From Octopus sinensis (lineage: Eukaryota), in the NCBI RefSeq assembly GCF_006345805.1, contig NC_043022.1, positions 4,278,001-4,342,000 of the forward strand: a stretch of DNA of 64,000 nucleotides, written 5' to 3'. Position numbers and translations under genes: made by a program. Below are positions 11,659-24,045 of this stretch, piece by piece; positions within the stretch are counted from its first letter, which is position 1; every line of letters begins with the position of its first letter. Under the pieces are notes generated by a model. It was not told the origin of the DNA. It worked only from the letters and a program-made list of their open reading frames with translations, and did not search any database.

Positions 11659-13410
11659 TTGAGCAGTAACTTAACAATGTCCAGCAGCTGCCCTTTTCCT
11701 ATTATAATTGCCTGACTCTCCGATGTATCCCCGTTACAGCTAATAAGAAAACAGTGATTGAACAACTGCCGGTGTTATGCGATCGGTTGAGTCTCAGCAT
11801 GCGGTTTGCCAGTGCGTACAGGTCACTGACGGAGCACAACGAGAGAGAAATGCGCACCTAGCACTCTCACCGCCGCCAGACGGATTTTCGTCAACTACTG
11901 ATACATTCATGGTTTTAACATAGCACGTCCGTATGCAATATTATCTCCGGACAAATACAGCAGTAAATCTGCCTTTTCGCGGCGTATTTACAGTAAGTAT
12001 GATACACAGATAAATTATAGTTCTATACCAGTCAGGGGCAACTAGCGGCCCGCAGAACTTTAAACGACAGGTCTGACAAAAAAAAAAAACTACCTTACAA
12101 TTATTTTGTAGTGTGCGGTCTGCTTTTCGAAGTAACCGTTGCCCGTGACCGTTCTGCACCTTCTTTCCATCTCTCCTCACTGCGACCACCACCTCCACCT
12201 CTTTATCAACCATCAACCGCCCTGGTTTTCTGCTAAGTACAAGAGTTAACCCAACTCATATATAAATCCGAGTCGTGCGTGGCTGATTCCCTCGCTTCTA
12301 AGATCACAGGCTTTCATTTTGGGCGGTACCGCTCCCAAGAGGCAAGCTGGGCATATCGGAGGGAGCGTTAGGCTTTAGGGAACAGTGAAATAATATAATT
12401 AACATACAACATTTTACCAATGGTAGTAATTATATTCTATATGATAGAACTAGTAATGGTAATTAAAATAAAATGAGATCTCATCAGGCACAGGGAAGTC
12501 CTTAACTTGCAAATGTATAAAATAAATTTACAACGTCTTAATTTTTTTTATCATTTTACTGTTAGAAATTTATACAATCCATTTTTAGAGGAAAATTTAT
12601 AAATTACCGTCTTATGTTAAGTTACTTTAGTCGTGATAACTGATTCGTCACTTAAAAAGGCGGATACAACAAAAAAAGGGGGGGACCACTGTAGTAAATG
12701 GTTACATCATTTTACATAGCAGAATTCCAGGAACCGTGATTTCTCTGCCCCACCACGTCTTTCATTTTACTGTACCGTGACTACACACGCCATCCACATC
12801 CGTGTAGATAAATCATCGTCATTATCATCATCATTTAAACAAGTAGGAACCCGTGTGTTTTTGCACCCAGCCCCATCATCACCAGTAATAAATATCCAAT
12901 CGGTTAATTACTTGTGGTAAACTGTATGTAATTGCGATTAATTAAACAAAATACATTCCTTTTTCTCATTTAATAATTCAAATTTTGACCGACAGTTTTT
13001 CGGGGTGGAAGGCGGCGATTGACAATTAACAGGGAGTTTGTTTTATCGACCCCGAAAAAGATGAATGGCGAAGTTAACCTCGGTACATAAAGAAACAGAA
13101 GAAATACTGTTAAACATACTAAACCAATTCTTTCCGGCTTGGCCGTCTTCATTATCAATTAAACAGCAAGTTCGGGGTGGGGCGGGGAGAGGCTAACCGA
13201 TTATATTGGCCCCGGGAGGAGGAAAAGCAAAAGTCAACCTCGGCGGAATTTTGACTCAGAACGTAAAGACGGACGAAATGCCGCAAAGCATATTGTCCGG
13301 CGTGCTAACGATTCTGCCAGCTCGCTGTCTTCTTTATCATTTAATAATAAAATATACAATTATAGATATATACACACAGACGGTGTGTATGTGTGTGTGT
13401 ATACAAACAA

Positions 13411-13728
13411 ATGAAGAGGTGCTAAAAAGTTCCTGTCTTTAAGGGTATCGCAGAAGGCCAGGTTTGAGGCCCAACTTCCCCAGTTTTTTTTTACAGTGCT
13501 TAGAAAAACTGAAGGACCATTGCAATAAGTAAGACCAGGGTGTCACGAAAGGCCTGGTTGGAGGCCCAACCTTCCGAGTTCTTTTACAGGGCTTAGAAAA
13601 ACTGAAGGACTGCTGAAATAAATGTGTGAATCTGAGAGGGGAATATGTTGAATGAAATCATAATTAACTGATCCTCATCCTGTCTTTTCTTTTACTGAAA
13701 GCCAGGAACTTTTCAGCACCACCACATA
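13411..13728. mobile_element. Tc1/mariner-type MITE
   Basis: About 30-bp TIRs (GGTGCT[AG]AAAAGTTCCTG[TG]CTTT); internal 70-bp duplication; a related 3' end recurs at about 13930-14024. Confidence 0.7.
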
Positions 13729-14962
13729 TATACACATATATATATATAGTTGAAATTTACAGAAAAACAAAAGAAGACAAATGTATAAACAACAAGAAGG
13801 TGTATTAGTTTGACGCTCGAGAAAGTGAGAAAGCCTTTTATGTTTCGAGCCTATGCTCTTCAACAGAAAGGAATAAGAGAAAATAAACAGAGAGAGAATT
13901 TTAAAAAAACTTGTGGATTTAGCGATCATGAGAGGGGGATATATTGAATAAAAATCACAATTAACTGATCCTCCTGTGTTTTCTTTTGCCCAAAGCCAGG
14001 AGTTTTCCAGCAACCCCCCTCATACATACATACATACATACAAGGGCAGCAGTTATGAAAAGAGGAGGGACAAGTCGACAACATCGTCTCCAGTATTTTA
14101 TTTTATCGATCTCAGAGGGACGAAAGCTATAAAAGTTCGCCATGGTAGAATTTGAATTCAGAACATTACGAGTCGATACAAATACAGCAGAACAAAACTC
14201 GCCGACGCTCTTTTATCGATTCTGCCAAACCCTTGCCCTAACAACAACAACAACAACAACAGCAGCAATTTTTTAAAAACTGTTCCTGCTGCTCAACGTA
14301 CATTCATCGATTAACTGATTCGGCTCAATCAAGTACTGTAAGACAAGAGGTCGAAGTTCGATTCACATGTCATTTATATGTCTGTGTGTCGCACAGCTGT
14401 AAATGGATCGCATACATCAAGCCTGACACGGCACCAGCTGCGACACGACGGACACAGGGCACACAAAAGCCAGGAGATGGCTATGCAATGGTGTACGAAG
14501 AATGACTAACGACGATCCAGCAGATCAATGATCGAGTGTTCCGGCCGTGACCGTCCCGCAAATTTTGGGCGTATTGAAAAGGAATAATATTCTACATTAT
14601 TTTGAGCGTCACTAGTGTTTTGCAGAGCTATGCATAAAGGCTTCGTGTTTGTTTGTTTGTGTGTGCGCGCGCGTTATTCCCATGGCAGCAAGTATTCATG
14701 ACTTCCGGTGCGCCTGGCAAGTGAGGCTACCGACAGGCTAAAATTGCATCATTTCACATGCTTGCAACATTTTATTATTATTATTTTCTAGAAGAAAAAA
14801 AAAAAAAATATATATATAAATAACAGTAATGCGATTTTCGTCATCAGCATACAAAATGACACCAGAACTACATGCTCCGAAAATAATCTGGTGAAAATTT
14901 GAAAAGCTCAAAGTGGTTGGAGCAAATTTAAGAAGCTAGCTTTCTCTCTCTCTCTCTCTCTC

Positions 14963-15001
<39 letters not shown>

Positions 15002-16094
15002 AAAGAATACGCACAGCTATTCCAGAAACAGCTGTAGTAGACTTAATGCACAACTTCTTGCTCCCTCATTTATATCCCTTTTACACAAACAACTCCATTG
15101 TAACTACTCCACAATTATGCTTAAATTATAAACTGTCTGCTCTAAAGTGAAATTACATGCTTTGCCTGTTCATACTTTCGTCCTAATATAATTTCTTCTT
15201 CCCGCTCAATGATGAACGACTTATAGCAGCTGTTCGTGGCTAACCAGCTGCAACATCACTTTTTGTTTTAGTTGCAATTCAAGTCAGGGTCTTTTAGTGA
15301 TAAACCAACACCTGAGCACTTATTATATATATCTATTATGTCGTTAGACGCAATTTTACCTGTACTTTATTATATATATATATATGTATAGTCTGCGACT
15401 ATAGTCGAAAACGCCTGCCCAAGGTACCACGCAGTGAGTCTGAATCCGGAATCATACTTCTTATTTCGTTATTGCCCACAAGGAGCTAAATATAGATGGG
15501 ACAAACAAGGACAGACAAAAGGATTAAGTCGAAGCAAACTTCTTACCACACAGCCACACTTGCACCTGTTCATTATTTTCAATCAGGAAGAAGAAAGGTG
15601 CTCATCGCCCTTTGGATATCCAGGGTCTCCGAAACTGAGGAAGGGAAGAAGGTATCCTCAATCCAGAAACCTGATCACCACAGTACGGGCTCCACTAAAA
15701 GCCCTCATTGAGTTTAAGATGTGAGGGTTAAACCAAGGGACTGATTAAATACATCTATCAAGTAAGCCACGGTGTAATTTGAACGCAGAGAGGCCCAACA
15801 ACCGATTCCACTAATCCAGTTATGAACTGCTGCTTTCATATTATATATTGGTCGAAGTGTGGAGGCGCGTGGCTGAGTGGTTAAGGTGTTGGACTCGATT
15901 GTGGTTTCAATCCCTGGACTGGGTGACGCGTTGTGTTCTTGAGCAAAACACTTCATCTCACGTTGCACCGGTCCACTCAGCTGGCAAAACTGAGTTTAGC
16001 CTGGAAAGGGATGGGCTCCGACAGGCTTTCTCGCCCTAGATACACTGCATGGCTGCAACGCCCCCCAAGAGGTTAAGGGACTTGTCAATTATCA

Positions 16095-16385
16095 ATTAGA
16101 TGGAGTGATACCCTCACCTTGTTTGCTGGTTTTCACTACATTTCGCCCACTTCTACAAGTGTCTTGTAATTCAACTTTGTGCCTTGGCTGAGATTGAACT
16201 TAGAACTTCTGGGTGACTGCACTGCATTAACCTACGCTGACGTACGGCATGAGTGGAGGTTTACAAGCCTTAAAACATCACTCGGACACAGAGTTAATGC
16301 GGTGAAGACACCTGAAGAAAGCTGGAGAATACACGGCCGAAACGTAGTGAAAATTAACAATCAAGGTGAGGATGCCACTCAGATT
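16095..16385. mobile_element. Penelope-like pLTR remnants in inverted orientation
   Basis: Two diverged arms (about 16095-16183 minus, 16284-16385 plus) sharing AGACAC-core-GAAA[CT]GTAGTGAAAA...CAAGGTGAGG. Confidence 0.55.
16309..16349 (+). ncRNA. Minimal type I hammerhead ribozyme-like motif (degenerate)
   Basis: CAC-CUGAAGA-AA-GCUG-loop-CGGC-C-GAAA-CGUA-GUG: conserved core, 4-bp helix II, palindromic ACGU helix III, 3-bp helix I; matches the architecture of Penelope-associated minimal hammerheads. Confidence 0.55.
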
Positions 16386-16841
16386 AACACATAATATAAA
16401 AATTCCTCATTTCAGAAATGCCCAATTGCTGCTTTTCTTTAAATTTTATTTTATCAAACCACGCAAAAATCAAAAGCTACATTATCATGGCAAGATTTGA
16501 ACTCGGATACACGCTTAACTGGGATAAACTGTATGAAACATTTTCATCCAACCTTTTAACACTCTCCGCTATTTTCACCAGAGTAAAATGCTTCGTAAAC
16601 CTTTTTAGTTTGAATTCCCTGCATTCTGAATTCAAATACAACCGAAGTCAACTTTGCTCTTCATCATCCCCGAGTTGAGAATACAAGCCCCATTCCCCAG
16701 TCAAGTACTTGGGTCAATTCAGTCGACCACACCCTCTCCTCTCTCTCTCTCTCCCACACACATACGCACCACCATGTCATCCTCTCCAATTTTATGCCAA
16801 GAGGCAAAAACGGTTGAAGATCTCGAAGTCATCACCAGAAA

Positions 16842-16941
16842 NNNNNNNNNNNNNNNNNNNNNNNNNNNNNNNNNNNNNNNNNNNNNNNNNNNNNNNNNNN
16901 NNNNNNNNNNNNNNNNNNNNNNNNNNNNNNNNNNNNNNNNN
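16842..16941. other. Assembly gap (100 N)
   Basis: Exactly 100 N, the usual placeholder for a gap of unknown size. Confidence 1.
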
Positions 16942-17189
16942 ATATCTTGTGCTATAAAAAGCTGAAAGGGAGAAGCGATAAAGTGAAAATTGTAAGTAAT
17001 CATCGACAGGAATCCTTAATGGACAGCAGATGCAGAAATGCGCGCAGGTTTAATCATCAAGTTGCACATATCATTTCAGGTGGATTGTTTTGCCAGATCG
17101 ACTTTCAATGGAGAGACTCAGATAAAATTAGACGCATGAATGGAGCAGTTGAGAAGCTGGAAGCTAAACTGCGTGCGTAGGATGTTGTA

Positions 17190-17540
17190 CTGCTAACTAC
17201 ATGGCCCCATGTTTGTGTGTGTGTGTGTATATACATAGAGAAACACATATATATATATACACATACATAAATATACATACGTGTGTGTGTGTGTGTGTAT
17301 AAATATACATATATACATAAATATACACATGCATGCATATATACACATGAACATACATGTGTGTGTATATATATATATACACATGCACATATATATTCAT
17401 GCATACATTAAGCTATACACACATGTGACAGAGTGTGTATGTATTTTTATTTATATATATATATTATAATATATATACATATATAGAAAGAGAGAGAGAG
17501 AGAGAGAGAGATAGACAGACAGACAGATAGATAGATGTAG
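17190..17540. repeat. Compound TA/CA/GA/GATA microsatellite
   Basis: Seen directly. Confidence 0.9.
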
Positions 17541-17921
17541 TGAGATAGAGCTACACACACATATATATGTATTATACATACATAGGCATATATTTATCTT
17601 TATCTGTTTTTACGTCCATTTTTCCATACCTTCATGGGTTAGACAGAAATCCATTTTACAACCAGACGCTCCACCGCTCCCCAACCCTTGACCAGTCTTT
17701 TAAGTAAAGCATCTCATATTCTGCTTGCCTTCGAAAGCACAGGATGAAGGACATATCACTTGTAGAGAATGTGATCCCCACATCCCCACAGTTTGGCCCA
17801 GAATGTCAACATTCACCTCATCACCCCTCACTACCCACCACACAACATTCGGTGACCCAAGACAATAGAAAGACACCCGGGGTGAGGTATGGTTGGGGTA
17901 AATCGTAGTGTATATATATAT

Positions 17922-18150
17922 ACTCTTTTTACTCTTTCACTTGTTTCAGTCATTTGACTGCGGCCATGCTGGAGCACTGCCTTTAGTCGAGCAAATCGAC
18001 CCCGGGACTTATTCTTTGGAAGCCTAGTACTTATTCTATCGGTCTCTTTTGCCGAACCGCTAAGTTACAGGGACGTAAACACACCAGCATCGGTTGTCAA
18101 GCAATGCATGGGGGGGGGGCAAACACAGACACATAAACATGCACACACAC
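17922..18150 (-). mobile_element. SINE family A, 3' half
   Basis: Tail and body up to the internal microsatellite. Confidence 0.85.
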
Positions 18151-18161
18151 ACATATATATA

Positions 18162-18373
18162 TTTCTTTAATACCCACAAGGGGCTAAACAAGGACAGACA
18201 AACAGATTAAGTCGATTACATCGACCCCAGTGCATAACTGGTACTTAATTTATTGACCCCAAAGGGTGAAAGGCAAAGTCGACCTTGGCGGAATTTGAAC
18301 TCAGAACGTAACGGCAGATGAAATATGGCTACGCATTTCGCCCGGCGTGCTAACGTTTCTGCCAGCTCGCTGC
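18162..18373 (-). mobile_element. SINE family B
   Basis: Matches family B with short internal deletions. Confidence 0.85.
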
Positions 18374-18399
18374 CGATATTATATAAATATCTGTGAATG

Positions 18400-18665
18400 T
18401 TTCCTTGTCTTGACATTGTGAGTTTATCTTGTAAACGAATATCACCATCATACAAGCAGTGTTGTCCATATTCAGTCTTCCACGAAAACATGTCTGGCCG
18501 TTGAGCTGTTCTTGTTCAAAACTGCTAGGGGAAATATTTATTTGGTTGGAAACTGATGAGGGTTGACAACCTGCAGAGTCTCTGGCTGTACAAAACCTAC
18601 CTCGGAGAAATTTTGTCTGATCCATGCAAGCATGGAAATGCAGACATTGTGATGGTGATGAAGAG
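18400..18665 (+). mobile_element. Old retroposon with family E-like 3' end
   Basis: Ends CCATGCAAGCATGGAAATGCAGAC...GATGGTGATG, similar to the family E tail. Confidence 0.45.
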
Positions 18666-18958
18666 GAGGAGGAGGAGTAAGAAGGGAAGAGAAGGAGGAG
18701 GAAATATTAAATAGCAACATTCTTTACAGTGAAATATGGTGTGTTGCTTTTATACCCGCAGCCCCGGCCATGTGACAGACAAACGAGAGTGCCAGTGTAT
18801 AATTATCGTGTCGTATAATTAACTGAAATAGCGGTACACATGAACCGAATAAATACGACGTGTGAATTCAAACAACAGGACAGTGCAGTACAGTAAATTA
18901 CAGTAATTACACCACGAATAATAATATAATAATAATAATGATGATGATGATGATGATG

Positions 18959-19068
<110 letters not shown>

Positions 19069-19619
19069 CAGAGTCCATTGAGATTTAACATGAAACAAAG
19101 ACACCAATATGCTTAATTATCAGAAATCAATATGATTGCCAAAATTCTATCAGGAAACACACATCTATTTGTCGTCCAGTGTATAAAAGTATCAAAGCTT
19201 TGCCCCCGTCGTCTTGGCAGAAATTTCCAGACTAACAGCTAAAGGTTAAAGATATAACTATCTCTTGACCATCATCAAAAGGGTTTTTTACACTGTTGTT
19301 TGACCTGCTGGCTATAACAGCCAACTCTCCTTCGAATTACACCTCACAGATACATTAATGGTTTTCTAACAGAAATCCGATTTAGCCATTCAAAATTTCA
19401 GATACCCTTAATTGTGGGAAGTGGTTTTATAAACCAATCTATCTTTCGTTGAGGAATGTGATGTTTGAATCTATTGTTGTTGAGAAACATCAAGTTTATT
19501 GAAATTACCAATTCTAATATTTTGATAGATATTTTAACATTAATTACCAGAATAATCATGGAATTTGATTTTGCAGTTTAAAGGATTAAGCTGGTGTTTG
19601 GAACATAGAGAGAAAAAAA

Positions 19620-20224
19620 CATAGATTGGCATATTTCGGTCATATTATGCGGAGAAAATCCCTGGAGAAGGACATCATGCTCGGAATGGTCAGTGGCAAG
19701 AGAGGAAGAGGCCGACCAAGAACCCGCTGACTTGACACCATCAAGAGTGACACGGGAATGGCCAAAGCCAATCTGAAAGAAGCGGCCCAGGATAGAACTG
19801 ACTGGAGGACACTGATCCAACGAGTAACCGAGAGTCGACTTTGACTGAGCGGGTGGGCTTGTGGGCGGCGCGGGAGACGGACGGACGGACGGACGGACGG
19901 ACGGACAGACAGACAGACAGACAGACAGATAGATAGACAGATAGATATGTATATATTATATTTTGGTCATATTATGCGGAGAAAATCCCTGGAGAAGGAC
20001 ATCATGCTCGGAATGGTCAGTGGCAAGAGAGGAGAGGTCGACCAAGAACCCGCTGGCTTGAAACCATCAAGATGATACCGAATGGACATAGCCAATCTGA
20101 AAGAAGCGGCCCAGGATAGAACTGACTGGAGGACACTGATCCAACAAGTAGTGACCGAGAGTAGACTTCGACTGGGCGGGAGGGCGGGCGGCGGGCGGGC
20201 GGGCGGACGGACGGACGGACGACG

Positions 20225-20255
<31 letters not shown>

Positions 20256-20622
20256 AGATAGACAGATATATAGTATATATATATTTTGGTCATATTATGC
20301 GGAGAAAATCCCTGAGAAGGACATCATGCTCGGAATGGTCAGTGGCAAGAGAGGAAGAGGTCGACCAAGAACCGCTGGCTTGACACCATCAAGAGTGATA
20401 CCGGAATGGACATAGCCAATCTGAAAGAAGCGGCCCAGGATAGAACTGACTGGAGGACACTGATCCAACATTGACCGAGAGTAGCTTCGACTGGGCGGGA
20501 GGGCGGGGGGCGGGCGGGCGGCGGACGACGGACGGACGTACGGACCGGACGGACACAGACAACAGCCAGACAGACATACGAGACAGACAGACGAAGACAG
20601 ACAGACAGACAGACAAGACAGC

Positions 20623-20665
<43 letters not shown>

Positions 20666-20905
20666 TATAGTATATATATATATTTTGGTCATATTATGCG
20701 GAGAAAATCCCTGGAGAAGGACATCATGCTCGGAATGGTCAGTGACAAGAGAGGAAGAGGCCGACCAAGAACCCGCTGGCTTGACACCATCAAGAGTGAT
20801 ACCGGAATGGACATAGCCAATCTGAAAGAAGCGGCCCAGGATAGAACTGACTGGAGGACACTGATCGAACGAGTAACCGAGAGTCAACTTCGACTGAGCG
20901 GATAG
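19620..20905 (+). mobile_element. Four tandem copies of an RTE (Bov-B-like) LINE 3' end
   Basis: Each copy encodes or nearly encodes YFGHIMRRKSLEKDIMLGMVSGKRGRGRPRTRWLDTIKSDTGMDIANLKEAAQDRTDWRTLIQRVTESRLRLSG, clearly similar to the Bov-B ORF C-terminus; copies start about 19632, 19959, 20282, 20681. Confidence 0.9.
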
Positions 20906-20959
20906 ATAGATATATATATATTGGTATAGTAACTCTTTTACTGCAGAAATCAGATGAAT

Positions 20960-21775
20960 CCACTCAGGTCAAAGGGCCAGTAATTTCAAGGATGGGGCAG
21001 GGCAATTACTAATCAACCCCAGTGCTAAACTGGTACTTACTTAATAGACCCCCAAAGGGATGGAAGGCAAAACCAACCTCAGCAGAATTTGAACTCAAAA
21101 CATAAAGACAGATGAAATATTGCCAAACATTTTGTCCAACAAGCTAACAATTCTGCCAGTTCACTGCCTTTAAAATAATAATAATCTTTCCTACTGGAAG
21201 AAAAAGGCCTGAAATTTGGGGGAGGAGACTAGTTGATTATATCGACCCCAGTGTTTCACTGGTACTTAATTTATTGACCCTGAAAGGATGAAAGGCAAAG
21301 TTGACCTTGGCAGAATTTGAACTCAGACAAAATACCTTTAAGCATTTTGCCCGATGTGTTAACAATTCTGCCAGCTCGCTGCCTTAAATAATAATAATCC
21401 TTTCTACTATAGGCACAAGGCCCAAAATTTTGGGGGGAAGGGGGCCAGGCAATTAGATCGACCCCAGTATGCAACAGTAACTTAATCTATCCACCCCCAA
21501 AGGGATGAAAGGCAAAGTCAACCCCAGCAGAATTTGAACTCAGAACATAAAGTCAGACGAAATGCTGTTAGGCATTTTGCCCAGCATGCTAACGATTCTA
21601 CCAGATCGCCACCTTAGTAGTTGTAGCAGTAGTAGTAGTAGAAGCGGTAGTAGTAGTAGTAGTAGCGGTAGTAGTAGTAGTAGTAATGATAATAACAATA
21701 ACCCTATCTACTAAAGGCACAAGGTATGAAATAACGGGGCAGTGGTAGTTGATTACATTGACCCCCCCCTAATAC
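20960..21775 (-). mobile_element. Head-to-tail stack of older family B SINEs
   Basis: Heads near 21169, 21383, 21613, each followed by TAATAATAA or (GTA)n and the next unit's tail. Confidence 0.8.
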
Positions 21776-22224
21776 TATGTTGATAATAATGATGAAATTT
21801 TTTTTTTTATTTGCCACAAGGGCCACAGATAAGTGGCACAGTGCAAAGACAGACTTAAAAGAATGGGTATTTATATAGAATGGCGGGATACAATACAAAA
21901 AAACAATTTTTTTCATGCAAGTATACATGTTGTATAATATATACAAAAGAAACGAAGGCTATATAATAACAAGAACAACAGCAACAAACAATGGAATGGG
22001 CCCTGTAAATGCTTCGAAATCAGGCGTTCGGCCCCGTTTGTTAACCTTGAAAACAGTTTGTACGTATGTCTGTTTGTCTTTCCCACTTACAAGATCTGTT
22101 GGCCATTCTCTTTGTCATGTTTTTCTGAGGGAAGGAGAGAGAGAGAGAGAGGGAGAGAGAAGTTTCGTGTAACTCCTTGCAGTTCATAAGTAAACAAACA
22201 ACAACGTAGAGTTGTGTCAACAAG

Positions 22225-22310
22225 TATGCACATTACATATGCATCAGAGTACACACACTGTGTATGTATAGATATGCGCATGTACTCATACATAAATATA
22301 TGTATGTGTC

Positions 22311-22342
<32 letters not shown>

Positions 22343-22625
22343 CACATTATATATATACACATTATATATATATATTATATATACATACACACATTATATA
22401 TATATATATATACACATATATATATATATATATATATTTACATATATGCACATATGTAATACATAAATATGTTAAATGATTATCTGTATGTATATATGTA
22501 TATATATATATAATATATATATATATACAAAGATACATTTATGTATGTCTATCCTATATATTATATATATATATATAAATATATATATAGTTGTGTGTGT
22601 GTTGTGTGTGTGTGTGTGTGTGTAA
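22225..22625. repeat. (TA)n/(CA)n/(GT)n low-complexity tract
   Basis: Seen directly. Confidence 0.9.
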
Positions 22626-22924
22626 GGAAAAACATAAAATAGATAAAAAAAAAACCAAAACATGAATATTAAAAAAAAAACTATAAAACTAAGCCAGAGA
22701 CAAAGGCAGTGTGTTTGTGTTTATGAAGTAAAGTGATATAGATGTTTACTTTAAGAAAGAAAAAAAAGAGAGAGAGAGAAAAACAGGCAACAGACATTTG
22801 ATGAACGTGATGAAGAGGAGGACGAGGGGGATGAAGAGGAGGAGGAGGTGTGAGACACATGTAAATGAAAATGCGAAAACAAGAAGAAACGGCAAGAACA
22901 ATGGCAACAGCTAGAACCACTTAC

Positions 22925-23030
22925 TGGTTTCTGTGTGTCGATCTTGTACAAGGTATTGGTAAACGTTGTAGGGTACTTCAGATGGACGATAATACCATTT
23001 CACATTCACCACCAGGGTATCGCGTTTGGT
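22925..23030 (-). CDS. RERE: Internal coding exon of RERE/Atrophin (BAH domain), 106 bp, phase 0 in, phase 1 out
   Basis: Translates [35 protein letters not shown]; 25/35 identical to human RERE [35 protein letters not shown] as I recall it; acceptor TTTCCAG at 23037-23031 and donor GTAAGT at 22924-22919. Confidence 0.93.
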
Positions 23031-23070
23031 CTGGAAACACAAGAGGGGGAAAAAGAAGTTTTGTTAGACT
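23031..23070 (-). promoter_or_regulatory. 3' splice site of the RERE exon: branch point plus polypyrimidine tract
   Basis: Sense strand reads GTCTAAC-AAAA-CTTCTTTTTCCCCCTCTTGTGTTTCCAG; putative branch A at 23064, 34 nt upstream of the exon. Confidence 0.8.
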
Positions 23071-23094
23071 GGCAATAGTACAAACCATTAAGCA

Positions 23095-24045
23095 ATCATC
23101 ATCATCATCAACAATATCAACGTCATCATCATCATCAACAATATCAACGTCATCATCATCATCATCAACAATATCAACGTCATCATCATCATCAACAATA
23201 TCAACAATATCGTCATCATCATCATCAACAATATCAACGTCATCATCATCATCAACAATATCAACGTCATCATCATCATCATCATCAACATCATCATCAA
23301 CAATATCATCAACATCATCATCAACAATATCAACGTCATCATCATCATCAACAATATCAACATATCGTCATCATCATCTCAACAATATCAACGTCATCAT
23401 CATCATCAACAATATCAACGTCATCATCATCATCAACAATTCACGTCATCATCATCACATCATCATCACAATATAACGTCATCATCATCATCATCATCAA
23501 CAATATCAACGTCATCATCATCATCATCAACAATATCAACGTCATCATCATCATCATCATCAACAATATCAACGTCATCATCATCATCATCATCAACAAT
23601 ATCAACGTCATCATCATCATCATCATCAACAATATCAACGTCATCATCATCATCATCAACAATATCACGTCCTCATCATCATCAACAATATCATCATCAT
23701 CATCATCACAATACAACGTCATCATCATCATCACAATATCAACGTCTCATCATCATCATCATCAACATCATCATCAACATATCATCAACATCATCATCAA
23801 CAATATCAACGTCATCATCATCATCATCATCATCAACATATCAACGTCATCAATCATCATCATCAACATATCAACGCTCATCATCATCATCATCAACAAT
23901 ATCAACGATCATCATCATCATCAGCACATATCAACGTCATCATCATCATCATCATCAACAATATCACGTCATCATCATCATCATCAACAATATCACGTCA
24001 TCGCATCATCATCATCACTATCACGTCATCATCATCATCATCAGC
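23095..24045. repeat. VNTR minisatellite, unit (CAT)n-CAACAATATCAACGT
   Basis: About 950 bp of units with a variable CAT count; many units carry single-base deletions. Confidence 0.95.

Noticed and set aside
13833-13872. Second hammerhead-like string on the minus strand (TTGAAGAGC-ATAG-GCTCGAAAC)
   Set aside because: C3 is altered and helices I and II cannot be formed in canonical register; may still be a PLE-related fragment.
22865-23734. 203-aa Ser-rich ORF and poly-Met ORFs
   Set aside because: Produced by the (CAT)n VNTR; the plus ORF is antisense to the real RERE exon.
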